Virus record (IMG/VR): IMGVR_UViG_3300037247_001071
Coordinates: 1-52,884 of that record
Direction: 5' to 3' (one strand)
Length of the DNA: 52,884 nucleotides
Origin: a virus
Taxonomy: Duplodnaviria; Caudoviricetes
A program made the position numbers and the translations under genes. The stretch's first letter is position 1, and every line of letters starts with the position of its first letter. A model generated the notes under the pieces. That model was not told the DNA's origin. It worked only from the letters and a program-made list of their open reading frames with translations, and did no database searches. Positions 25,758 to 36,776 of this stretch are shown piece after piece.

Positions 25758-26959
25758 TGACCCACAGAAGAGGGCCTACTAGAGCCGGCGCTAGGTTGGC
25801 ACGCGGGGCGACGGGCGGCATTGCCTCTCTCTCAGAGGCAGAACGCAACGTCATTCAGCGGCAAGAAGCCCGGCGACAGCAGGGAGGCGTCGGTGGATTC
25901 ACGGCCTTCGGAGCACTACTCGGCACGGTGCGCTCTCCTACCGGCAGGGTCATCTCGACTGATCCCTCCCAACGCGGCGCGGGTGGTGCAAGTCTTGCGG
26001 ACATCGCGGGCCAACAAGATATCCGGCTGGGCGAGGGGCAGGCCGATATCCTTCGGCAGTTCTTCAGCCCACGGGTGAACCAAGGCCAGCAGCAGGCCAT
26101 CGAGCAGCTCGCAAAGCGCGCTTCGGCTCAAGGCCTTGCCGGTGGCGCGGTGCGCGGTGTGCTCGGCGACCTCGCCACGCAGTTCGTCGCCGGTAACAGG
26201 GCCTCCGCCTTCCAGGGTGTACAGGGCATAGTCGGCCAGCGGCTCGGGGAGATCCAAGGAGCGGCGCTGCCTTTCCTCCAGCAGATCGGCGGGCTCCGGG
26301 GTAGCCTCGCGATGGGTGGAGTCACTGGTCTTTCCAGCGTGCTCCGCGCCGGCGGCGGCACGACCGGGGACTTCACGCAATTCGCGCAGCGGGGCCTCAC
26401 CGCCCTTTCCGCAGTCGGGCTCGGGGCGGATGCCCTGGCCGGGATTGCCCGGCGCCAGGGACTCGCCTTCTCGGGGGAGGGGTTGACCGGAGCCGGGGAC
26501 ATCTCCCAGGCGTTCCAGCAGTTCCTGGATCCCGGAACACAGGCCTTCGGGAGGTCCCTTTCCCAGCAGGGGATCGGTGTTCAAAGAGGGCCATCAGGCT
26601 TCTTCCGCGGCCGCTCCCAGCGTGTCGGCACCTTCGGCCGCAACCTCGCCCGCGCTAGTCAGCGTGTTGGTGCAGGAGAACAGCTCGCCGGCCGTGTTGG
26701 TGAGATCGTTCAAGGTTTCGCATCGGAGGCGGCGACGCTCTCCGGTCTCGGAACCGTAGCAGTCAACCAGTTCACGCAGTTCGGTGACCGCGGCTCAGCA
26801 GCCCGCCTTGCCGGACTCGACTTCTCTCGCTTCGAGAACATCACCCAGACGCTCGGCATCGGGCAGGGTGAGAGACAAGGCCAGGGAGCAGCGGGCGCCC
26901 TCGGAGGCACTCAGTTTCTCGCCGGCAACCCACTATTTCGAACTGTCTTTGGGAGTTAA
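25757..26959 (+). CDS. DNA ejection protein 2 (G/A/Q/R-rich)
   Basis: TAATG-coupled; low-complexity composition typical of internal virion proteins. Confidence 0.6.
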   Translation: MTHRRGPTRAGARLARGATGGIASLSEAERNVIQRQEARRQQGGVGGFTAFGALLGTVRSPTGRVISTDPSQRGAGGASLADIAGQQDIRLGEGQADILRQFFSPRVNQGQQQAIEQLAKRASAQGLAGGAVRGVLGDLATQFVAGNRASAFQGVQGIVGQRLGEIQGAALPFLQQIGGLRGSLAMGGVTGLSSVLRAGGGTTGDFTQFAQRGLTALSAVGLGADALAGIARRQGLAFSGEGLTGAGDISQAFQQFLDPGTQAFGRSLSQQGIGVQRGPSGFFRGRSQRVGTFGRNLARASQRVGAGEQLAGRVGEIVQGFASEAATLSGLGTVAVNQFTQFGDRGSAARLAGLDFSRFENITQTLGIGQGERQGQGAAGALGGTQFLAGNPLFRTVFGS

Positions 26960-26962
26960 CAC

Positions 26963-27982
26963 ATGGCAGAACCTTTCGGCGGCAGCGTCGGCCAGATCAT
27001 CCTGCAGGCGGCACAAGGTATCGTCGCGCAGAAGCAGAAGCAGCAGCAGCTGCAGCTCCAGACCCTCCAGTTCGAGGAGCAGGTCAAGCAGCAGGAGAAG
27101 GTACTCGACCTCCGGCAGCAGGAGATGGAAGTCCGTCAGCGCACTGTGAAAGTGCAGGAAGAGCAGCTTGAGCGCGCCCAGGGCTTCGAGCCCCTGAAGC
27201 GAGCGCAGAGTGCAGCCGAGCTCCTGAAAACCCAGGCCGATATTGGCCTCGTGGAAGCACGCACCGCAGCCGCCATGCGTCCCGGCGGGCGGAAGCTCAC
27301 CGACAACCAACGCTTCGACGCGATTGAGGACATCGAACAGCGCTCCGTGCGGCTGGAGATGTCGCAGGTGGCACTGAAGCACGAAGAGCTGGGCGGCTCC
27401 GCAGTGCCCCGGCTTGGCTCCCCCGAGGAGTACATCAAGGAGCGCCGCCGGCTGCAGGGCTTGGTGAACAAGTTCCAGACCTCCAGTGCAGGTACCGAAA
27501 TCGCAGCGCAGCGGGCGCTCACCGGTAAGCAGGGCGACTTTGAGATCGACAAAATCTCTCGCCAGCTCGCCGCACTCGACGCGTTCATTTCGAGTGACGA
27601 CTTCACCACCACCCGAGACAAGCTCGATGAGCGTGGCGCCGATCCGCGCACCCGACAGGCGATCATCGAGAACTTTTACGCCCCGTTCAAGGATCAACTC
27701 TCCCCGAATGCGTCCCCGGGCAGGGTGAAAGCCTTCGACTTCGGGACCGTCCCAAGCGATCAGGTGGAGAATGCCTGGGCGCTGTTCGAGGATGGCAACG
27801 TCGAGGTGCTCATGGAGAAAACGCTCCTGGCCACCGGTGGTGCATGGACCGCAGCGGACAAGAAGGCCTTCGATGCGGAGTTGCTTCGTCGGTTTCCGAC
27901 CCCCGGCGAGGAGCAGGACGATGCCGTCGCCAACTACCGCAGGCTGCTTGACCGCATCAGCGCACAGAAAATCACTGAGTAA
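26963..27982 (+). CDS. DNA ejection protein 3 (Q/E coiled coil)
   Basis: QKQKQQQLQLQ helical N-terminus; position before the giant internal protein. Confidence 0.6.
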   Translation: MAEPFGGSVGQIILQAAQGIVAQKQKQQQLQLQTLQFEEQVKQQEKVLDLRQQEMEVRQRTVKVQEEQLERAQGFEPLKRAQSAAELLKTQADIGLVEARTAAAMRPGGRKLTDNQRFDAIEDIEQRSVRLEMSQVALKHEELGGSAVPRLGSPEEYIKERRRLQGLVNKFQTSSAGTEIAAQRALTGKQGDFEIDKISRQLAALDAFISSDDFTTTRDKLDERGADPRTRQAIIENFYAPFKDQLSPNASPGRVKAFDFGTVPSDQVENAWALFEDGNVEVLMEKTLLATGGAWTAADKKAFDAELLRRFPTPGEEQDDAVANYRRLLDRISAQKITE

Positions 27983-30900
27983 TGTCGAACCCATTCTCTG
28001 ATGTGGAGCCCTTGGACACTGAGCCCGAGGAGCCGCAGGCCGACAACCCGTTTGCCCAGATCACCCAACCGCAGCCGGTGCCCAACGCGCCGACGGATGC
28101 GGACCTCCTCTCTGAGAGGACTGAGCGGAAGATCTCTGAGCAATCCATGGAAGACGCCGCCCGCAAGCCGCGCTCCGCCAACGATGAGCGGGACTGGGCG
28201 CAGGCAAACGTGGAGTTTGAGGATCTCCCGAGCCCCCAGTCGTACACTGAGGCGCTGAGCATCGCGACCAAAATCCACGGCCAGAGCTACCGCCCCAACC
28301 CCGAAATTATGGACGACATCGAGGCGATGGCCGATCGCATGGCGGGGCTACACCTCTCGCGCTCCGGTATGATTGACAAGCACGGCCCGATCGCGGGCGT
28401 GGGTGCGGCACTCACGGACAGGCTCCGGGGCGCCTACCTCCACAACTTCACCACGCTCTACGGGGACATGACGCCCGAGGAGAACCTGCGCGTCACTCAG
28501 CGAGCCATTGGGCGGATCGCCGACCTCATCAAGTCGAACGCACAGGCCCGTCTACAGAGGGCGCAGCAGAACGGCACCCCGGATCTCGAAGCGGCGCAGC
28601 AGGACATGGCAATGGCCATCGAGCTGACCTCCCAGGCGGCGAACCCGCGCGTGCAGTCGTGGTTCCTGGGCACTGCCTACCGGGCGGCGGACCAGCTCAC
28701 CATGCTGGCGCCGAGCGACACCCTCCAGGCCAACGAAGCAGAGATCCTGTTCGGGATCCTCGACCACCCGTTCAAGCAGGCCCAAGCTGCAGGGTGGCCG
28801 GACGCTGCGAGCGGCGACGGCCCGATGGCGCGCCGGTTCGACGGGCTCCTGAAGCGCAACCTCGGCGCCGACACCCTGCTCCCTAGTGTGGTGGGGAGAG
28901 GGCGGGGTCTGCAGCTCAAGAAGACTCTGTCTCTCGCCTTCCGCGGCACGTTGGTCGAGGAGCGGCTCGGCATGTTGAACATCCCCATGGAGCTCGCCGA
29001 GACCATGGACCCCTCCGGCATGTTGGTCCACACACACCCCCGCCTCGTGGGGGAGATGGCCAGCGTACTCGCGACCCACAAAGAGCGCAACTTCGCGCCC
29101 GGTGAGACTCTGACTCCCCAGGAGATCGAGGAGCGGATGGAGGCCCAGCGCGCGGAGGACATCCACCTTCCGAATGGGCAGACCGTCGCGAGCGGGGGCT
29201 CAATAATCACCGACCGTGTCCTTAAAGGCGAAGAGGTGAAGACGGCCTCCGAACGAGTGGCACAGTTATTCGCCATTTCGGCGGTGGACGACCTCCTCAA
29301 CATCGGCATCGGGCCGCTCCAAGAGCTCCGGCTGCAGGCGGACACCTCCCTGCGCGAGGGGGCGGACAAGCTGAAGGACGAGATCGACGCCACACTGGAG
29401 AGCATCGGCGCCTACGCCATGACCTACTCCGACGAGGCCGGCGACGCGATCGGCAAGGCACAGGAGTTCTACGCTAAGGCTGGTGGAGAGCTCGGGGCCG
29501 GGCTCTCACTGATGCTCGGCGCCATGGGTGGCTTCACCCAGAAACGAATGGACGAGGCCGAGGCCGAGGGTGAGGAGGACGCGAAGCTCGCGGTGGACAC
29601 GCGCACCTTCTCGCACCACGCCAACCGGTGGCTTGGGGACATCGGTGCGCTCACCCAGCAGGTGACGGACGGCGACCGCATCCGCATGGGCCTTACGAAA
29701 GAGGTGTCGGACCGGATCTTCAACCCAAATGGCAACTCCTTCCGTGTGGCGCGCATCGCTTTGGCAGACGAGGTGGCGGCCATCACAGTGGAGCGCTTCG
29801 CCCCGCTTGGGTTCAGCCCGTCCACGATCCGGGAGTTCTTCAAGCAGATCCGCTCGGAGGAATTCGGGCGCCGGCTGGACTCCAGTATCCTTCGTGGAAT
29901 CACCGAAGAAGAATTCCAGACGTTCGCCCAGCGCGTACGCCTCAACCGGAAAGAGGCTGGCTTCAGCTTGAATCCTATCGTCATAGCCGATGGCATGATA
30001 GACACCATCGCGATGGGCGTCGCATTCATGGGTCGGGACCTCCGGGCCACTACGCAGATGCTCATGGAAGAGCCCGACGATCTCGCAGTGCTGATCGGCA
30101 CGGGCGCTGGGGGTGGGTACATCGGGAACCAGCTCCTTCGCGGGCTGAAAACTCAGACGATCGGCCGCATCGCACTCATGCAGACCATGCAGCGGGCCAG
30201 CATCGTGTTGCGCCGGGCGCTGAACAACAGCCCGGATGTCGTGGATCAACTACGGACCATCACTACGCGCATGCAGAGGGGCAAGAAGACGGGGCCCGCA
30301 CAGCGGGAGGCAGCTATCGAGGCGGCGACGGATGCCCTCGACTGGGCCTCTGACGCGCGGAAGTTCATGCTGGAGATCACGCCGGAGATGAAGAACCAGC
30401 GCCTGTCCAACTGGTATGACGGTATGCAGAAGGACGCCTCACGCAAGACGGCCGCCATCGTGAGACACCTGGACCCTCGCGAAATAGGCAATGTGTTGGA
30501 CGAGCTACAGATTGACGGTATCACGCGTAACTGGATTCAAGACGGCGGAGTATTCTCCACGTTGCGTCAGAAGGCGTCCCTGGCCCTCGGCTACTCGGCG
30601 GGAAACAAGAAAGTGCCCTTCGTGTCCGGCGTCGGGCGCAACCTCTTCGAGGCAATCCAGGACAACCCGGAGATCAGCCTCGCGGACCTGCCGATCTCCC
30701 CCGAGGCGATCACGCCACGCAACATCCGGTTCCTGGACGCCATGTTCCCGGGCAAACGGGAGAAGCTCGCCCGAGCGATGCACCAACAACAGGCCATGCA
30801 GTGGATGCAACGCTACCAGGCCGACACTATCGGCCGCCGCACCCTCGGCGCCGAGAACCGCGCGCTGCTGGAGGAGTGGACCGTCTACGGACGCACTGCA

Positions 30901-33900
30901 GAGGCCAACCGTCTCCGCCGCATCGCCGGCATGAAGGCAGTGGCCGAGGGTACCGCGGACCAAGGGCGCCTCGTAATGCTGCAGGAGCTGCGGGCTGCTA
31001 GCCTTACCCGGGTGTCCATGTTCCGTGGGTTGCGCCAGGAGCTCCTTGACTCCGGCACGCCGATGGACAAGACGCGCCTGCGGGGTCGTCCGGTCTTCGA
31101 CGAGTACACGCCTGAGCAGATGATCTCCTTCCTGGGCACACAGATGGACCACAACGGGATCTACCAGCGCCTGCGCCGGACGTTCGAGAGCTCCGATAGC
31201 TTCTGGGAGCGCATCGGAGACATGGGCCGCCGGTTCGATGGGGAGGGTGGTGACGCTGCAGCGGATTCCATGAAGCGCCAGATCATCGCCGAGTTCTTCG
31301 AGCAGCCGGGCCTCGCCGACGACATCCGCATCGATCTCCTGGAAGGACACATCAGCCCGAGCCGTCTGCGCCGCAACATCCGCGAGCGCAAGGACATCGG
31401 GCGCGCCTTCTTGAAGGACCAGCTGGACGAGCTGGCCGAGACGCTGGACAACGGCGCCGACAGGGCTTTCTTCAACGAGCTGCTGGAGGAGTACGACAAC
31501 GAGCTGGCAAAGCTCGGGGCCGGCGAAACGTCCGAGCTACTCGAAGGCCACTTCACCACGCGCAAGAACCTCGCGAGTGAGTGGAAAGAGATCCGTCGGC
31601 TCGCAACGCTCGAAACGGCCAACCGTTTCAGGGTGGTTGGCGGGATCTCCGGCGCTGCAGAGTGGGGCCTCCTGGCCGACATCTCCCGACGCATCGGGGA
31701 CGGACGGCTGCGCACTGCCCAGGCGGACGTCCGTGCCTATGGTCTACAACAGCGGTTGCTCGCGGGGGGCTACCTGAAGAAGATCGGTAACATGCAGCGT
31801 ATGCTCTCTCGCCTTACCCCCGAGGAGCGCAAACTCTTCAATGCCGTCGCAATGATCGCGAGGGACGAGGGCATTACTGGCCCCTTGAACAAGCTCCGGA
31901 AGCGGAAGGCGTTCAAGGAGTACTTCGATGAGATCGCACCGGAGACCGACGACGTCGCGGTGCAGCACCTCTGGGACACCACCGAGAACTTCCGCAAGAA
32001 CTTCCTACGCGACCTCAAGGACGTGGGCCTCATCGACGCCAAGCAGTTCGACAAGCTCATCGGCCCATACGCACCGCGCCTGTTCAGTAGCACGATGATG
32101 CCGAAGCTCTACGGTACCGGCGGTGTGGACCTCAACCTCCGCCCGTCCCCAATCCGGGGGGCGAGCCTGGGTGAGCTGTCTGCCCAGCGGCACCTCACGA
32201 AGGTGAAAGCACAGGTGTACCCGAAGGGTGGACGCCCGATCACGCAGAAGTTCGACAACGTGCACGACGCCGAGACCTGGATCGAGAACAACTACGGCAT
32301 CCGCGGCGGGCGTGAGGCGCTGGAGGAGGGCATCGGCGAGACCGGGAACACTACGGCCGGCAGCAAGTTCGCGATCCTCCGCCCGCTCGGGAAGGATGCG
32401 CAGCTCCTGGGCGCCGACCTGATCGGCCCCGGTGACGGCATGTTCATCCAGATGCGGAACCTGATCGAAGACATGACGCAGATCCGCTACTTCAACGCGT
32501 TCGACCGCAAGGGCATCGCATTCACGGAGGCGGAGTTCATTCAGCATCTAATCGAGACGCCCAAGGACGGCAATCGATTTGTGCGTCTGGCGGATAACGC
32601 GCGCTTCGGCTCCCTCCGAAACAAGTTCGTGCACCGTAGCATCGTGCGACAAATGGAGAACTTCACGGAGATCAAAGGCACCATGAATGCCATCTCTGAT
32701 GCAGTGGAGGCCGAGGTCATGCTCATGACGGGCAATGTAAACTCACTGATTGATAGTGCGCCCGGGATCATCACCTCGCTGAATGCGTACCAGAAGGCGG
32801 GCATCACCTACAACTTCATTGCTCGCAATCCCGCGACGCAAATCGGGAACCTACTCTCAGACTCTTTATTCTTCACCCGGCTCGCAGCGGGTCCCGAGAT
32901 CAACTTCACCGTGCGTGGTTGGCGCCTGGGGGTGGAGGCGTTCGGGGTCATTCGTGATATCCGCTCTGGCAAGCGGGCGCTTGATGCCATGCCCGCAGAC
33001 ATACGGCGCGCCGTGGAGCTCGGAGTAATCGACGAGTCCATCTTCGAGGTCACCGGGCTACAGTCATCCCGCAAGGTACTCGATATCGAGGCCATGTATG
33101 GCACGAAGAAGACCCCGGCCGAGGTGTTCCTCGCACCGCTACGGGACAAGAACCTGCAAAAGGCAATGGCCCGAGAGGAAGTGGTCGATCGTGCGCTCAA
33201 GCAGGGGAACCTGAGCCCACAAATGGAGGTGCGTCTGCTCCGCGAGCGGTTCGCCTTGCAGCAGCAGACGCAGGGGCAAATGGGCATCATGGCTAAGGGC
33301 ATGGCTCGGGCCGGCAACGTGCTCGATGCATTCGTCGGAAAGTACAAGGGCCGCACCGCTGACATCGAGGGTTTCAGCGCCACCTTCTACGGGGACCTAG
33401 GTAACACCAACCGCTTGCGCGCGTACCTATGGATGGTACGCGAGAAGGGCATGACCCCGGAGGCAGCGTCCTCGCGCGTGAACCGATACATGCAAACGTA
33501 CTCGCAAATCGGGACCACGGCCCTGGGCCGGCAAGTGCAGAAGTTCGGGAAGAGCACGCTCGGCTCGCCGATCGTCAGCTTCCCCTTTGAGCTGGGCCGT
33601 ATCACCTTAAACGCGGTGCGCCACAACCCAGCGGGCATGGCAGCGGTTATGGCGACGGGACTGTCTCGCAACATGATGGCTATGGCGGCAAGCGGCCTTG
33701 ATCCGTATGAGGCGGTGGATTTCTTGGTCGACCGCCCCGGTGGCTTCCTGAATTTTCAGGGCGACCAGTTCATTGGGCTCCCAAACCATCAGGCAATGGT
33801 GTGGAGCAACCCGGCGACGAGTGTATTCCCTCAGATCCTGAACAACTACGGTGTGATCAACGGCCTTGCAGGTGCGTGGGATGACGCAGGGGATGATACA

Positions 33901-35031
33901 CCACTCGCCACTCTGATGCGGATGGGCACTTCCCTTACCTCGAATTTCGCTTTCACCAACCCGCTGCTCAACGTTACGCTGTCGCAGATCTCGAAGCGCG
34001 ACGGATTGACTGGCGACGTGCAGAGAGACGGGATGCGCTTACTGGGCGATAACGTACAGAGGTTCATATCTCCCATGATCCATCCGTACACCCCCATCTT
34101 CGGGACGTTCAGCGAGAAGCTCCAGCGCACCCGCGACGCCTTCCCACACGCATACAGTGGCCGGGAGCACGCGCTGTTCAACAAGATGTTCGAACTCGGC
34201 GGCTTCAAGGTGCGCGGCGACGTGGCCGCCTTCCTCAACGCGTTGCCCCCGAGCCTCGGGGAACCGGCGAAGGACATCGCATTGCGGGGCACGAAGGCCG
34301 TGGCCTGGATGTCGCTGTGGAGCGACATACCCGACGAGCGCGTGTTTGGCAAGGAGCAGGGGCTGACCATGGAGGATTACTTCGCTCAGGTGGTGTCGAG
34401 CAGCTCCTATCTCGACCCCCAGAACGGGCACGACATGGCCGGCGCGAATGAGCAATCGATGACGGACCTTCGCCGGGCGCTGCGCATGCTGGACTCCGAG
34501 GATGCCACCGAACGGGCGCGGGGGGAGAAGCTCTCGACGAAAGCCCAGGAGGACATGATCCGCCTGCGTACCACGCGCCAGCAGGCCAACGGGATCCCGG
34601 TCGGCCGCAAGGGCACGGAGCGAGAGGTGCGCAACATCGTAGCCCGCATGCAGAAGCTCGGGGAGGGCTACGACGAGGCCCTGGAGAGCTTCAGCGTGCT
34701 GCGGCGCGCGGGTATCGTCACGAAGATGCTGGGCACCCGCGGTGTCCCGGAAGAGATGCAGGTGAGCCTGTTGCAGCAGTATCTCTTGACCCGGAGCGGT
34801 GGCTTGCGTGGCCCCGCCGGGGCGGAGGAGCTGGAACAGACCATGAATCTGCTCGCGGTCACGTTGGTGAAGCGGCCAGACTTGAACGACACGAGCCGCG
34901 AGCGCATCGAGGCCATGCTGAGGATCACCCAGGTGTGGCAGATCAAGGCCGAAGTGCGTGAGCGTATCGAGAACGTGAAAGAAGAAAAGTACCAGCGCGC
35001 ACTCCAAGTGATGAAGCTGGGGAGGAAGTAA
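27982..35031 (+). CDS. Large internal virion/ejection protein (2349 aa)
   Basis: MSNPF...DNPF N-terminus; helical and apparently Cys-free; last large gene of the virion module. Confidence 0.7.
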   Translation: MSNPFSDVEPLDTEPEEPQADNPFAQITQPQPVPNAPTDADLLSERTERKISEQSMEDAARKPRSANDERDWAQANVEFEDLPSPQSYTEALSIATKIHGQSYRPNPEIMDDIEAMADRMAGLHLSRSGMIDKHGPIAGVGAALTDRLRGAYLHNFTTLYGDMTPEENLRVTQRAIGRIADLIKSNAQARLQRAQQNGTPDLEAAQQDMAMAIELTSQAANPRVQSWFLGTAYRAADQLTMLAPSDTLQANEAEILFGILDHPFKQAQAAGWPDAASGDGPMARRFDGLLKRNLGADTLLPSVVGRGRGLQLKKTLSLAFRGTLVEERLGMLNIPMELAETMDPSGMLVHTHPRLVGEMASVLATHKERNFAPGETLTPQEIEERMEAQRAEDIHLPNGQTVASGGSIITDRVLKGEEVKTASERVAQLFAISAVDDLLNIGIGPLQELRLQADTSLREGADKLKDEIDATLESIGAYAMTYSDEAGDAIGKAQEFYAKAGGELGAGLSLMLGAMGGFTQKRMDEAEAEGEEDAKLAVDTRTFSHHANRWLGDIGALTQQVTDGDRIRMGLTKEVSDRIFNPNGNSFRVARIALADEVAAITVERFAPLGFSPSTIREFFKQIRSEEFGRRLDSSILRGITEEEFQTFAQRVRLNRKEAGFSLNPIVIADGMIDTIAMGVAFMGRDLRATTQMLMEEPDDLAVLIGTGAGGGYIGNQLLRGLKTQTIGRIALMQTMQRASIVLRRALNNSPDVVDQLRTITTRMQRGKKTGPAQREAAIEAATDALDWASDARKFMLEITPEMKNQRLSNWYDGMQKDASRKTAAIVRHLDPREIGNVLDELQIDGITRNWIQDGGVFSTLRQKASLALGYSAGNKKVPFVSGVGRNLFEAIQDNPEISLADLPISPEAITPRNIRFLDAMFPGKREKLARAMHQQQAMQWMQRYQADTIGRRTLGAENRALLEEWTVYGRTAEANRLRRIAGMKAVAEGTADQGRLVMLQELRAASLTRVSMFRGLRQELLDSGTPMDKTRLRGRPVFDEYTPEQMISFLGTQMDHNGIYQRLRRTFESSDSFWERIGDMGRRFDGEGGDAAADSMKRQIIAEFFEQPGLADDIRIDLLEGHISPSRLRRNIRERKDIGRAFLKDQLDELAETLDNGADRAFFNELLEEYDNELAKLGAGETSELLEGHFTTRKNLASEWKEIRRLATLETANRFRVVGGISGAAEWGLLADISRRIGDGRLRTAQADVRAYGLQQRLLAGGYLKKIGNMQRMLSRLTPEERKLFNAVAMIARDEGITGPLNKLRKRKAFKEYFDEIAPETDDVAVQHLWDTTENFRKNFLRDLKDVGLIDAKQFDKLIGPYAPRLFSSTMMPKLYGTGGVDLNLRPSPIRGASLGELSAQRHLTKVKAQVYPKGGRPITQKFDNVHDAETWIENNYGIRGGREALEEGIGETGNTTAGSKFAILRPLGKDAQLLGADLIGPGDGMFIQMRNLIEDMTQIRYFNAFDRKGIAFTEAEFIQHLIETPKDGNRFVRLADNARFGSLRNKFVHRSIVRQMENFTEIKGTMNAISDAVEAEVMLMTGNVNSLIDSAPGIITSLNAYQKAGITYNFIARNPATQIGNLLSDSLFFTRLAAGPEINFTVRGWRLGVEAFGVIRDIRSGKRALDAMPADIRRAVELGVIDESIFEVTGLQSSRKVLDIEAMYGTKKTPAEVFLAPLRDKNLQKAMAREEVVDRALKQGNLSPQMEVRLLRERFALQQQTQGQMGIMAKGMARAGNVLDAFVGKYKGRTADIEGFSATFYGDLGNTNRLRAYLWMVREKGMTPEAASSRVNRYMQTYSQIGTTALGRQVQKFGKSTLGSPIVSFPFELGRITLNAVRHNPAGMAAVMATGLSRNMMAMAASGLDPYEAVDFLVDRPGGFLNFQGDQFIGLPNHQAMVWSNPATSVFPQILNNYGVINGLAGAWDDAGDDTPLATLMRMGTSLTSNFAFTNPLLNVTLSQISKRDGLTGDVQRDGMRLLGDNVQRFISPMIHPYTPIFGTFSEKLQRTRDAFPHAYSGREHALFNKMFELGGFKVRGDVAAFLNALPPSLGEPAKDIALRGTKAVAWMSLWSDIPDERVFGKEQGLTMEDYFAQVVSSSSYLDPQNGHDMAGANEQSMTDLRRALRMLDSEDATERARGEKLSTKAQEDMIRLRTTRQQANGIPVGRKGTEREVRNIVARMQKLGEGYDEALESFSVLRRAGIVTKMLGTRGVPEEMQVSLLQQYLLTRSGGLRGPAGAEELEQTMNLLAVTLVKRPDLNDTSRERIEAMLRITQVWQIKAEVRERIENVKEEKYQRALQVMKLGRK

Positions 35032-35216
35032 TGGAAGAGCTCCTGAAGATTGCAGCCGGTGCGGGCGGCGGCGGGCTGGCAATCGTCCTGATGTACGCCA
35101 AGATGCTAGCCGGGAGACTGGACGGCATCAGCGCGAAACTCGACCGAATGAACGGGGCCATCACAGACCACGAAGTTCGGCTCCGTGTGATTGAAAAGGA
35201 AGACGATGCAACTTGA
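35031..35216 (+). CDS. Small membrane protein with coiled coil (holin-like)
   Basis: Single hydrophobic segment followed by ...DHEVRLRVIE; end of the late operon. Confidence 0.45.
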   Translation: MEELLKIAAGAGGGGLAIVLMYAKMLAGRLDGISAKLDRMNGAITDHEVRLRVIEKEDDAT

Positions 35217-35490
35217 CGAGCTATCCGAGGGTGACGTGATCGAGGTCTCCTGGGACGACGCGACCGCGGACGCCGAGTGGACCACGCGCAAGGAGCTGGA
35301 CTTCCCCGAGATGCGTGCGCTCTCTGTGGGCTACTACGTGCGCCACGACAAGCGCGCCCTCATGATGGTCGGATGTTTGTTCGGGGACTACAGGAAAGAG
35401 GACGGCACGCTCGGCGGCATGCGCACCATCCCCCTCCCGATGGTCACGAAGGTGAAGCGTCTTCGGACGGCGGAGAGGCTGCGCTTCTAA
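35206..35490 (+). CDS. Conserved small phage hypothetical protein
   Basis: IEVSWDDA...SVGY...TIPLPMV pattern. Confidence 0.6.
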   Translation: MQLDELSEGDVIEVSWDDATADAEWTTRKELDFPEMRALSVGYYVRHDKRALMMVGCLFGDYRKEDGTLGGMRTIPLPMVTKVKRLRTAERLRF

Positions 35491-35795
35491 TGATCTCGCA
35501 ACCACGCATCGCCTCCAGCACGACCCGCGCCGTGTGCGCGTCCGGACACTCCGCCACGCCGATCAGCGTGTCGGGATCGTCGTCCACGCTGCGGCACACG
35601 ACCCAACACTCATCCTTGATGCAGTAGAAGATGGCCCACTGTCTCATGGTACACTCGTCCCCTCCGGCGAGTAACCATGGTCGCTAAGCCAGACAGTGTA
35701 TTCCTCAAGAATCTGACGAACTGTCTTATCTGCAAGCCTTTGCTCGCGTTTGCCGCTGCCAACTACTTCAGACAAAAATTGATCCCATATTCCGT

Positions 35796-36776
35796 TCATG
35801 CGCTCAAGATCCTCACACACACACGCCGCACCGCCGCGGCGTCCATCTTCACGTGGCAAGGCAGCGTGATGATCTCTGACGAAACCTCCGCCGCGACCGG
35901 ACACTGCATGGTTTGCTCCTTGTTCAAAGGGTAGTGGTGTCCCCAGGCGATGCCCGCCGAGGTGAGCACCCGGCGCCAGTGGTCTCGCACTACCTCTGAG
36001 GGCGCCCGCACCACACACATGTGCCCCGATGCCTCCTCTGCCCGCCGGGTGAGGACGAGCTTTCCGAGGTGTCTCTCGTACCAGGCGAGGACCTGCCGCC
36101 GCCGCTCCCGCCGCTTGTCGTGCTGATTGATCCCTTCCCGGACGAGTGCCGCGGCCACGTCGCTCATGAGACCCTTGATGCCCCCGCCAGGTAACCCTGC
36201 CCAACGACGCATCACCAGATTTCCCCCGAGAACCACGCGAATCGCATCCGCGAGTCCGACCCCAAAACACACGACGACCCCGCCGTCAGGAGAGGGCACC
36301 TCTTTCTGCGGAGCGAAGGAGTAGACGATAGCCTGGGTGGCACCGACGCGGAGCATCTTACCATGCTTCGGGTCACCAAAGCGGTGAGCGGCGTCAAGAA
36401 TAGTGGGTATACCTTGGTTCAGGTCGTACGGGATGCCCCAGAGGTCCACGGCGATCTCCCGGTACTCCACCTCGGCTCCGTAGTCGAGCCACTTCGGGTA
36501 GCCATCCACTCCGGAGTACGTCGACGGCCACGTCAGTGGGCACACACGGGGGGACTCTACCTGGAGCACCTTGCACGCGGCCCACAGGGCAGCCGTAGCG
36601 GAAGAGGCGGCGACCACCTGCAGAGGATCCACCCCCAGGCGCTCCGCGATCATCTTCTCGACCGCCCGAGCCCGCGGCCCCGGAGCCCATTGTCCGGACT
36701 TCAGGGCCGCGACCACCCGCTCGATGCCTCGGGTGGCGAGTGCGGGCGGGGAGAGATCAGACTCCGGTCTTCTCAT
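35796..36776 (-). CDS. DegT/DnrJ/EryC1/StrS family PLP-dependent sugar aminotransferase
   Basis: SSATAAL, ILDAAH, YSFAPQK(PLP Lys)...DGG, IITLPCH; ATG at 36776 overlaps the MazG-like stop. Confidence 0.88.
   Translation of the reverse strand: MRRPESDLSPPALATRGIERVVAALKSGQWAPGPRARAVEKMIAERLGVDPLQVVAASSATAALWAACKVLQVESPRVCPLTWPSTYSGVDGYPKWLDYGAEVEYREIAVDLWGIPYDLNQGIPTILDAAHRFGDPKHGKMLRVGATQAIVYSFAPQKEVPSPDGGVVVCFGVGLADAIRVVLGGNLVMRRWAGLPGGGIKGLMSDVAAALVREGINQHDKRRERRRQVLAWYERHLGKLVLTRRAEEASGHMCVVRAPSEVVRDHWRRVLTSAGIAWGHHYPLNKEQTMQCPVAAEVSSEIITLPCHVKMDAAAVRRVCVRILSA

Noticed and set aside
27982-35031. N4-like or crAss-like virion RNA polymerase, given the hairpin-containing leader elements
   Set aside because: No T7-type motif A/B/C and no DxDGD motif found by eye; not fully excluded without a structure search.
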